Assembly: GCA_030141605.1 (NCBI GenBank)
Contig: JAQGDQ010000005.1
Location: 186,001-250,000, forward strand
Length of the DNA stretch: 64,000 nt
Origin: Tubiluchus corallicola
Lineage: Eukaryota; Animalia; Priapulida
Direction: 5' to 3'
The notes beneath the pieces are model-generated. The model saw nothing but the letters and a program-made list of their open reading frames with translations, had not been told where the DNA came from and searched no databases. The position numbers were made by a program, and so were the translations under genes. Every line of letters begins with the position of its first letter. Within the stretch, counting starts at the first letter, position 1. Below are positions 52,700 through 64,000 of the stretch, piece after piece.

Positions 52700-53360
52700 C
52701 TTATGTCAATAGTTTAGAGATGTTATTAGCTAATTTTTGCTGTTTCTAACAACATTGTCTAAATGAATCAAAAACCAATATAGTTTAGCCCCCAAAACAT
52801 TGTAAAACTGGAAAAGTTTTTCTTAATGCTAAACTAATTAATGCAAGTAAAAGTGAAAATTATTTGGGGCACATATTATCTGATGGTTATAGTAATGATT
52901 CAGATATTGTGAACCAGTAAAGATTACATTGCTCTATGTAAGAGCTAATACATTAATTCAAAGGAAGTTAAAAGCGTCTTATTCAAATCGTATTGTAGAG
53001 GAATTTATTGTAACAGTGGGAGTATGTGACTGTCCTATAAGAGATATAATATAACATTTAATGTTGCTCTTAGGATTTTTCTTAAAGATCCAGATGTAGT
53101 AATATTACAGATTAAGCACGACAGAGTCTTATATATGTAGGCATGATAGTTTTTCGCACTTTAAAGTTTTAATAAGTAAGAGCATCTATAGCTTAAGAAG
53201 TAGTACACTTGCAAGTAAAAATTATATTATAATTGGTGGTTGTATAAACTCTTAAGTGTTATTTGAGGCACTGTCTTTTAAAAACTAGTGAAAGATGTTG
53301 TAAATTGTAAATCTCTGTCTGTAACATGGTACTATGTGTACTGATTTAAAGTGAAAATAA
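52700..53360 (+). mobile_element. Decayed non-LTR retrotransposon RT C-terminal fragment (clade uncertain)
   Basis: Broken frames give NESKT, YLGHILSD...DSDI..Q, LYVRANTL, FNVALRIFL, SIYSL..S.N, typical of LINE post-RT regions. Confidence 0.6.
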
Positions 53361-56300
53361 ATACTAATTTGTAAAACAGCAAGCGATGAAACTTGGATGC
53401 ACGTACTTTTCTCTCAAGGGCAAGCACTCAGAAAAATGCACCCAATTTTCTTGCACATTTCAGGTTAGTAGCAGTTTGAGTACATTCTCCGTGTTTCACA
53501 ATTATACGAACAGAAAAGCATTAATTATCTCAGTGGTTTGCATGTACGCGTGAAAGCTTTAGCAAACTCACTGGCTTCTCGGCAAGGTCTTGTAACTCTC
53601 TTGCCATAAGCAAACATTTGTATCCAATTTAGCGGATTCCTAACCAATTAGAAAGATATATGGATACGTCTTCCGGTTCTGAGGGGAAAAAACCGGTGTG
53701 ATGCGTACAAACACCGGGCCGGAATATTTCATTGACAAAAATTTACCAGCTTCTTTCCGCCATGTGCAAGGCTAATTTTAACCAAACATCCCACACAAAT
53801 ATGATCATTTAGCGCACTGTAATGTTGTTCTGTACATTAAAAGTATTTCTGTTTTAGGTGTGTGAATGAGTATTATACTAAGCCTGTACACTGTATTCGT
53901 AAAACAATGGTATCCTTGAAACGCCTCAAAGACCCAAAATATACGTATTTCTTTATAGGCTAGATAGCATCCCTACTCGAACTCAGGCTGGATGCAGGGT
54001 TATTATTAGTTTTTCATTGAAGTGATATTTTTATTAATTAAGCTCACTTGCAGTGGTAGTAAGTTTTTGTTATGATAAGTTGTTGTTTTAATAAAATCTT
54101 TATAACCGACTTCATCGGGCATTAGCTCTACCCAGGAACCAGTTAATGAAACATCGCAATTCCAGGATTATTAGCACTCACTATGCAAATAGGCCAAAGA
54201 AAAACTGATTCACCTCCAGAATTAAGGCGAGAAATTGCCCGAAAATTGCCGGCGTAAATCTCGAAGATATTATCTGCATAAATTTGACATTTGCTCTAAG
54301 ACATTAACGGAATTAGCCTGCCAGATGCTAAAATACGGTGCTTGCTTCTCACAGTCAGACGCATTCATCTGCGCGCAGTATGGCCATGAAAGCCATTAGA
54401 GATAGACACGTGTGTCTCAAGAATAATAAAATCCATGCCCATGGCGCAGGCAAAAAATTAAATTAACATAAAAAGCTGTGCTATTTTAACGAATTATGTG
54501 AAAAATTCGTTTGCAAATCTACAACAGCAAAGTTTAAGGTCTTTGTGAGGCATCTTTTGCGCTGCTCACAGCAATTTGGAAAACTATCTGAATAGATCCA
54601 TTCCTCCCACTCACAGCAGTGGCAACAGTAGATCTGCCACGGTTCTAGTAATGAAATGTTGCACCCTAATAACATCGGATCTTCAATTATATTCCAATTA
54701 ACATGCGACTTAGCTGTGTTTGTCAAATGGCAAAATCCGAAATCGAGATAAGTTTGAAAATGCCACGTTTTGTCGCATTACAAAAGCAAAATTTGGCAAA
54801 TTAAAGTTCCCAAAAATATCAAAAGCGATGTCGGATATTGTCCAATAGAAATCAGCGTGAAATTAAATATTTGTATTTTGAAAATCCTATTTTGCTTGCG
54901 TTTCTTTTCCTGTGTTTTTGGTTTACAGATGCCCTCAATAAAAATAGTGAGCACAAGATTTCTGGCTATTTTGGGGTTCTCTTTCCGAAGGTGACACGAA
55001 ATTGACATAATGAAAAAATATCAAATAGGTATGATGTGCCCACGTGTACTAATTACCATTTAACTTTTCTAATTACTCATACTAATTACTATTACCTCAT
55101 AACGTTTTCTAATTTTTCGGTATAGGGCTGTTGGCGGAGAATCAGTTTTTCGAATTTGATTTCACCTCTGCGATTAGTTTTAGAATTTTTCTTACACAGT
55201 CCCTTCTTTGTATGGAATTTGCGTATATATCTGTAAAGGATTTACTTATTCCCCGTTTGTCTTATACCATTTAGATAAAATGCATCACATGTGCAACATT
55301 TAGTGATACACTGCATCATGGCGACATAGTAGCTGTCATACAAAATTCTCATCTTAAAGCAAAACATTAAAACAAACTGCCTCACCTTCATCAACCTAGC
55401 ATTATTATTATGAACACACAGATGCAGGCCTTATGCAGCCGTAAACTCTAAAACATGATTACGGATAGGCACCAGTTCGCAAAACGGAAAGGTAGGAACT
55501 CTCCCAAAGACTGATCAATACTAAAATCAATGAACGAAAAGACAGCTGACATAATAAATGCGCTCTTTGCGAAGTCATTGCGTAACCAACCTTGTAATAT
55601 TTTTATTGGAATTGTGCAAGGACGCACGGATGGCAAAAGCAGTAGACAAAAGTTATAAAAACGACAGCCATGTGCAAGCCTACCACAAGACTCTAAAGAC
55701 TTTTAAAGGGCAACCATCGAAGTTTCAGAACAGGATGAGTTAGCACATACTCTCATTCAGAAAAAAAGCGATGTTGATCTGTGTCCTGTGGAAGCAGTAA
55801 TCGCTTGAGAAAAACGAAAATTTTATCCACCGTGCTAGACTCTAAACCCACCGATGTTTAAAAAAGAGGTGCCCGTGAACTAACTGCCAAAATGAAGCTG
55901 TGTTACTTTGGGCTCTTAGAATGCCGTTTGAGAAACATGTTAATTGCATTTATCAAAGTGAATATATTGATTACGCAAGATTCCTAAACGACATTAAACA
56001 CATTAGAACTCTTTTTGATGGTCTTTTAGAGATACCAGTTTTGAAGAAGAACAATTAAAGAAGTAAAACATCATGCAACGGTATGGCTTCATTCACTAAA
56101 ATAAACCAACTAAAACACCGAATAATAATTATGACGTCACTTAAACACACGCAGAACAGCAAAGCGATGCCGCCTATGCCGTGTAATACTTCTTTAGGTA
56201 GGATTTGTTGCATGAATGTTTCTTGTAGCTTGTAGCATAACGATGTAACTTTAAACCGTTATTTCTTTGTATATGGATAATAACCCTACTAAGCAACGCA

Positions 56301-56499
56301 GAAAACTTTAAAATGATGTAAACGCAGAGAAACATTCAAGAACTTCTAATGCTTGACGGTAAATGTCATTGAAATAACTGATGATTCGTTTATTCTCGCT
56401 AAATTATGATAGCGCTTTTCTTAAAAACGTTTATAACGTAATTTGGTAAAACAGTGGTGATTTTAATAAGGTAGAAAAATAAACAAATGACAATCATAC

Positions 56500-56868
56500 C
56501 TGTATTGGATCACCTGGAATCGGATCGTTGCACCATATCTCCGTGTAAAAAGCTGGTCTATACTCATACCTTCTGTCATTTAGAAATCTAAATTTCTTTT
56601 TCACACTACACAGATGTACGTAGTTTAGTCTCATCTGCCGTTTCACTCTGTTCGCATGATGCGATTCGAGTTCTGAATCGGTGAGATTAACTATGGACAA
56701 CGTGTCTATGCTATTTTTACTATAAATACGCATGTCCACCGGTCGAAATTCCGAACCGTCATCTTCCAAGCGTTCGACGTCTAAAACAGTTTCTGTAGTC
56801 TGTTGTTTGGCCGCTGGATTCGACGTAGCACATTGTACTAGAACACACAACACGAGCAGAGTGGGAAG
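56500..56868 (-). CDS. Secreted cystine-knot precursor (scoloptoxin-11 / Spaetzle-PTTH-like): signal peptide, prodomain and first half of the mature domain
   Basis: Lies within ORF 56494..57009; acceptor tttcctgcag, donor CAG|gtatga; hydrophobic LPTLLVLCVLVQCATS, furin site RVKR, then HLC...D..YEYRP..YTEIWC. The start is either on an upstream exon or the in-frame ATG at 56904. Confidence 0.8.
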
Positions 56869-59800
56869 CTGCAGGAAAGAAAGAATAAATGTGTAAGTGT
56901 TCATGTTAGGCCTCATACATCTAATGGGCCGAATACATAAGTTAAAGACTGCGGCATGGCACACCGTGCGCTTCGTCAGCATCACTGTGCACGCAGCCCT
57001 CAACACCAATATTTATAATGTCAAAATATGTGTTCACAATGAAGTCACAGGCAGGCGCAGCGCGCTTGTCATCATCTAGCTAGCCCACGTCATCACTCGA
57101 CACAAGTTTGTCATTATCTGTTAAGCGCACCGCGCGCAGTTCTTCTGACATTGAGAAGCAGATTCAGTAGCAAATTCACGTGGTCTAACCTCACTTACAC
57201 AATAATCAAAGCTAATCACCTTAACTGGTGTGTTAAACTTACAGTATACATACTGTTCATAATCATCACCATCATTATTGAGAAATTATACATACTGCAC
57301 AGCTTTGCTTTATAGACTTTCATATTTTCAGATAAGATAGTGATTGGGGTAAATACCATCTAACTTTAAATAAACAATAGAGGCCTATATATCACAGTAA
57401 GTGTATTTAGCAGTGAACAAGGTATCTTCAAATGTTCGAGAATAAAAAAAATCGTATTAGTATAAAACTCGTTAATAAACAAATCAATGAAAGCAGTTCG
57501 TGTTCTACCGCATAAAACGTACATTCGGCACCTTTAATCGTCGGATTGACAATCGTTCACGTTCGATATATTACAATCACCTCAAATCCCGCATATGAGT
57601 ATACACGCTAACATTCCCTAGAAATCTAGCCATACTGCTTAACTGACACGAGATTATTTAGTTCTTTATAAATGTACACCGCAATGAAGCTAGTGGATGT
57701 TAGCTGTTGATTGTTTGGTCAGCTAGCTGGTTGGTCAGCACATTAGTCGGTCAATCTGACTGACTGACCACTGATTGCGTAGTTGGTTACAGTTTTTGTA
57801 CCCAAACAGCGCTGATTGTTTCTTATTTTATGTCCTTTTTTAATTTATTTCTGTTTCACTAACGGATTTGTGTAATTGGTTATTTAATTAAATAGTTAAT
57901 CGGTTGATTGGACTGGTCAGTTACGAGGCACCTTGGTAAATAAATAGGTAGGCAAGTAAGCAGGAAGTTATGCAGAGGTAGTTAAGAAGGCAGATAGAAT
58001 AGACGGTAGATGGATGGGCAAGTAACCTACCTATGAAAACAGTGCAGGTAAACAACTAACAAAAAATGCTAGAACGTAAGATAATGTACTTTTGCTGCAC
58101 ACAGAAAAAGTAAAGAAATAAAGCAAAGTTAACGGTTAAATTAAAAAAAATATTTCTGTGATTACAAACAGTCCCGGTAACATCATATCAAACCTGAAAC
58201 AGGAGGCCAAAATGTGGACTAGCCATTTTCCCGCATTAATATCTTTTACTGCAGAAATATCAATTCAGAAATTAACTTTGTGAACGTATGATGGTCAGTT
58301 ATCTGGTTGGCTGTAAAGCTGTGGCGAATGAATGTATGATACATGCAGGGGGGTCGGCGGGGAATAGGAAGTTTGTATTACACAGAGTCTATACATGTAT
58401 TATTCGTTATACAATAATATACACCCTGCTTGGAACTATACACATCTAATTTAATGTGTAAACAATTACAAATTAGGCCAAGCTACACGACGGGTAAACT
58501 AGTCATTGAAAACAGTTCCTAAAGGACGTTTGACCAGCTGCCGACAAGCGAATGCATGAATGAATTCATGTAGTAAAGCACAGCAGAGACCTCACTGACG
58601 CGATATCGAACAAAATTAACTCACACACTAATTGGAATTGTCTCCTATAATTCGCATGGCTGTTGCTCCTCCACGCTTGTATCAACGCTTCGACAATGGC
58701 CGCCCGGGGAAGATTTTTATTAATATAATTTCTAAAACTTGATCACGGAGAGATTACGTCATACCACTGGGGCTTAGCGTCACAGAGCCCAAAGTTTTAT
58801 TTTAGTGTGCATTTTGTCCACGCGTACTGATAGCTTGGAGTGCCGCTACGGTGAGGGAACTTGAACAAAACCAGTCCATCGATGACATTATTAATATAGC
58901 CTAATAACACCGGGAGAAATCTCTTGGTGACGTCAGACGCAACTACTCAAATACATGGTTAGTATAGAAAGTAAAGTGAATGACCCTATAGCAGGAGTTC
59001 TGCTTAGTGTTGTTTAGTTTATTCAGTCATTTGCTGTAACGATTATTCGGTAAACCATTATATGTTAAAACCTATTTCAATTGCACCATCGTTACATGGA
59101 CACAGACATTCCATTTATATTTGTAGTGATTAGGTATAGACTATAGAGCAGTGCAAATACAATGTATTGTACTTATCACGGGAAGGTTCCAAGACTTGGC
59201 ACACTGTTAGAGTTAAAGATATTTTTCAACAATTTCAGGTAAGCTTCTAGGAAATCACCTGCGCATGAATTATAGATAAAACACTGCTGTTTTTTTAACA
59301 ATTTTATGTTCTATTTTTAACACAATACTAGCAAGTGCTTACCCAGTTAAGCTTCTGTTACAAAGACTGATCATTAGATCGTCACGCAGTTTCTGCAACT
59401 GTAAAATATTGTTGTTATGCCTATGCATTTGTCAACACTAGGCTAGTGATCTCACTTGATTATAAAATAATTTCAATTAAAGCGCCATTATAATGACCTT
59501 CTATCATTTAATCGCCGTCATTTTGATAAATTTAAATAATAGGGGTAATTAACTGTTATTTTGTTGGAATTTACTCAGAGCTGGCGGCATTTATAGTTAG
59601 ACGAATGCAAATTACAGCCAGCATGTAATTAAAGCAATAACTTGTATACGTTTCTCATTAACTTTTCCGTAAAATCTATTGAACATCTCCCACATGAAAT
59701 GTCTGCAGGTTACAGTCTATACTTCAAAGTACAGGGTGAACGAGAGGAAAGCTTTTGATGCGCACTTATAAATTTTCATTTCTAAAAAATGATTAAAAGC

Positions 59801-62800
59801 GTAAGCAGTGCATCACAAAAAACAACAAACAACAACAACTATCTTACAGATTTTTATTTTTCGGTGTTTCTATTCATTTAGGAATATAATTTTGAGGTGG
59901 CCCATACACCATTTAAGTTGATTTGAGACTAGTGAGACGAATGAACCTTTAAAAGTTCTGTTTGTTCTATTTCATGTTTCCAATGTTTGTGTGCTTACTG
60001 CATCAAAGTTCTGCAGGACTTTCATTGTGGGGATCCGTACCGTCTGAGCAAACAGCAAGAAAACCAGTTTAAAGAAACAGGAACCACTTATAGAAACGCA
60101 AGCTGAAAACGTGCTTCACATAAAGAAAAAGAATTTTTTGTAAGGCACATTGCAAAAATGCGCCAAAGTTGATTACCAAATGTACATTTTCATGGTGTAG
60201 GAATGAATGCATTAGGATATTAGTCACACGGTGCAAAATGCAATCAGTTATAGGAACGAGGTTATTAACGAGCGACGTTAAGCAACGTCGAGCTTGATTA
60301 GTAAATTACTGGGTGATCGTGGGAAGAATGCCATGCGCGATCTGTCCCTCATTCACTTCCCAATTCAGTGTCAGGAGCGATTCGTGGCAGCGTATGAATT
60401 CGAACATGGCCAAAAACGCCTGTGCTATTCAAGTATCTCATTTTAGAAGCTTATCCTTGATAGTGAAGCAAATTCTGCTCCCACCACCAAATAGGCCCTG
60501 TTGTCGTTGAATGCTAGATCTATTACATGCAGTGCGCCATCCCCTTATAAAGAAAATACTAAAAAATAACTAATATTAACTCCAAAACAACGCCCCAACA
60601 CATGGCAAAACTGTAATGAATATATTTTCTATTTTCAATGTCAAGGCACAAAGTGGATAGGTGTGCCTGAAACTTATTCTGAATATCTCATATAATAACT
60701 GACTATCCAGAAAAAAGACGAGTAATGAGTAGCAAAGCTAAATTTTAAGTATTCTTTAAACTTCATAACGTCATAATGAGTTATTGAAAACCGGTTATTT
60801 TTCATTAAAAGCGGTCGCCAAAACATCATTTTGCATTTTCCTACAATGTCTGAATTGTTTGTACGGTACTCCTTGACCAGGACAGTTTCAGGGCACTTTT
60901 AAAACACTTTTAAATATTACTCTGAAATGGCGGGCTTCCTTATTATGACTCTATTCATTGACAGCTTGATATTAGGGTCCTGTTCAAGCTATCACTTGAC
61001 CTTGAAAACATGAAGTATTGGTATGTGCGATGCTTTGTTTAGTTGTTCGCACAAATTATTTCCTCGCAATTGTTTCTCATATTTTTGCATATAACTAAAA
61101 CTCGAATATCATTAAAATTCTTTTTATTGCACCACTGTCGTGAATTTTATTTTATTTTATTTTTGTTCATGAGAAATCAATAGCTTTAATTCACAATCAA
61201 ATCACGAAAAATATTCAATTCCAGAACAAAATTCAAATCATTAATTACGTAAGTTTAAGTCAGTGAAAGAAACCCACCCGTTTATCTCAGAATTCAAGCC
61301 ACAACCCCCAAAAACTGGCCCTAAAAAGTTCATTGTTCTAACAAGCATCGATCATCGAATTTTGTCTGAAAAAGTAAAGAAAATTAAATTAACTATTGAA
61401 CAAGTACATTAATATGATTACAGACTTGTGAATTTCAATCAAGTTCATAACATCCACGTATAATGTCAATAATTTAACGCTATCCCAATGTAATTCTGAA
61501 CTCCGTGAAGAATAAATTAGTTTTCTTGCATAGCATATCCAATTTAAGATAGCATATCTATGCGTGATTGATGCTATGATAACACAGCATGCATTCGTTG
61601 CCAAGCTTGGCCAATCTTGAAAAGGGAATTCAGAGCGAAAGGGCGAAAAACTAAAAGGCAGGGCAGGAAAAACGTCATCATGCGTAGTGTGTAAAACATT
61701 GTTTATTTGTTTCTGAATGTAAACACTACGTATTAAAGGCAAATAATATTAAACCCCTCTATACAAACAGGAATCTTGTTTACCTCTAAAGTTATTCGTT
61801 TATACCTAGGAAATATCTCACATTTTTACGATTTGTATTCTGTTTATTAGAAATGCAAATTTTTATATTTTCTCATGGATTGTATAATATGTTTTTGTCT
61901 TCATTGTTTAATCAGCCTCTGGTGATGTTCATTAAGAAATAAAGACTAACTCTGACTGTTTTTATATACAGTGTAAATAATGTTGGTGGTTAAACTATTG
62001 GTGGTAAGGGTTCTCCAAGATGTGTCAATGTTACATACTTTTGATAAACAATGATACATTGATACTTTTGTTAAACCAATGAATTGTTTTATTTCGGACA
62101 GGCATGCGGATCCTGCTTCGTGCGTGCGTTAGGTATTTGGATAATGAATTTAATCTGCATCTCTGTCTCTTTTTGGTTCTTAAAGGTGTCTTTTATATTG
62201 CCTTTTGTCATTTTTCACATAAATTTATGCATAAGCGTGTTACTAAAAAGGAAAAAGTTGATCTGAAAAAGTTAAACTACCACTAACGAAATTTCACTAA
62301 TTATTAGAAAAACTGCTTTTGCCTGTGTTGTGCAATTGAACTACGTGCAACTAGCAGTAACTATACGTGTTCATTTTCACGAAAGCCGTTTGATATTCAA
62401 CAAGTGTATCCTAGCAAGCGATTCGCCTCATTTGCACCAATTTGCTGGGTTTCCGGGGATTTCAATGCCGTGTAAACTTCGACTATAGTATTTATTATTT
62501 TGATAGCACTCTATCATTGAATCATCACTCTGACAAATGCTAAATACACAAGTTGCACTATAATGATACCTTTTACTTGCTACCTGCATTTTTCAAACTA
62601 GCTTTTCAACGCAAATAATAATTGTGGCAAATTTGTAGACGTGTTAACAGCTGATTCCATGCAAAATATTACATATACGAATGTAGCATTTCCGAAGTAC
62701 GTTTTAACAAAATTAAAGCGTAATTTTTAGATAAAAATTTGCACTAAACAGTTTTCACAGCATAGTTTGTTAGACTTTTATAGTGGTCATTATAATAATG

Positions 62801-64000
62801 CAGATTTACCAAAACAAAATAATTTTGACTCAAAATGACAAAGACAACAACAACATTATGTTAGCGAGTTGCCAGAATCGTTTTCTGATTCGAAGACCAA
62901 TTCTTGGCGACGCAAACCCGCGAAATCTCTGCAAACCCGAGTAATTAATTGCGTTTCCCATACAACATGACTTTCAGCACGTCGCCCAGCAACTAAGCAG
63001 TATTCATTAATGTGATTTAGCTCCGTCTGTGTTTTGAATCAGGAAAAAGCTTGATTGAGCAGACCGCTTAAATTCGGCGCAAAGCGGTGTAGTGTTAATT
63101 TATGAGCTAACAGAGAACTCGACGAGCCTGCAACACCCCCGCATCTATAATATTCTTTGCAAACCATTGGCTTCTTGTGGATCGATTAGAATGTTACAAC
63201 TTCGTAGATGGCGCTTCAATCTACTACATCTCTGATAAGGCCCATGTTAAATGCCTGCGGCGTTCGCCAACATCAACACTAACTCCGGCCTCTCTGAGTT
63301 GCTTCATTAAACAAGGAACTAAAACAGCTTTCTGATAAAACTCTTGCAAGTGTTTCTACTCTTTAGAAAACACCTATTTTTGCAAAATTATAAGAAATAA
63401 AAGAAAAGAAAAATGATAAAATATTTCCGATACCTTGAAGCATTGTCACGATTTTCATCTTCTTTTGTCAGAAACACGGCAAAAATAAAAGAAAATTCAT
63501 TTAAAGCGACATGCTGCAACAATAAAATGTCAGATTTCTCTCTTATCGACGCAAGAACGTAACACTAGCTTAAGCATTGTCGCTTTTTAATTAAAAACCA
63601 GCGCTACATGGTTGTTGAATGATAGCTTGGGGGCGGATGGTCTTTAATCAATGTTTCCGATACTAAATTGTCTTATATTGTATGGAAACATACTCGTCAT
63701 TGTGTCCAACGAAATTGAGCAAGATGAAGAGTTGTGCAGGTATACGATGTACAAATGCGTTAAATACCAAACGTGCATCCAATGACGTCACCCAGAAATA
63801 TTACAGTAAACTCAAAGATTTCAAGTTCCTGTATTATTTATACAGCGCAGGCATTTCCGGGGAAGACCTAGGTCTGATAAAGGTGCAAAGCATTTATTTT
63901 CATACGTTATAGGTATTTTAAAGCTAAACAGGGGCTAAGAACTTAAACGTACTTCTTTAATTGAAGTTTCTTAGTATAACTGGACTTCAGCGAGTTTGTT

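Overview
AT-rich eukaryotic (invertebrate animal) genomic DNA with spliceosomal GT-AG introns, many microsatellites and transposon debris; no prokaryotic features or CRISPR. Two spliced minus-strand protein-coding genes were reconstructed by hand. (1) A C10orf67-like coiled-coil gene (DUF4709-like N-terminus, DUF4724-like C-terminus) with at least 15 phase-compatible exons from 22042 to 7397; its terminal exon is unresolved. (2) A secreted cystine-knot precursor (signal peptide, RVKR furin site, 7-Cys mature domain resembling the scoloptoxin-11/Spaetzle-PTTH-like group) whose two coding exons (56868-56500 and 31869-31705) are separated by a 24.6-kb intron. Mobile elements: a complete 5S-rRNA-headed SINE with an 11-bp TSD, a 1002-bp pogo-like deletion derivative with perfect TIRs, a Tc1/mariner MITE, a decayed Academ-like (XPG + Cys-rich) fossil present as two inverted pieces, and RTE/other LINE fragments. 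A (TTAGGG)n tract sits about 200 bp upstream of the C10orf67-like start codon. Most entries in the ORF track are artefacts of repeats or non-coding DNA. Family names come from motif recall, not database searches.
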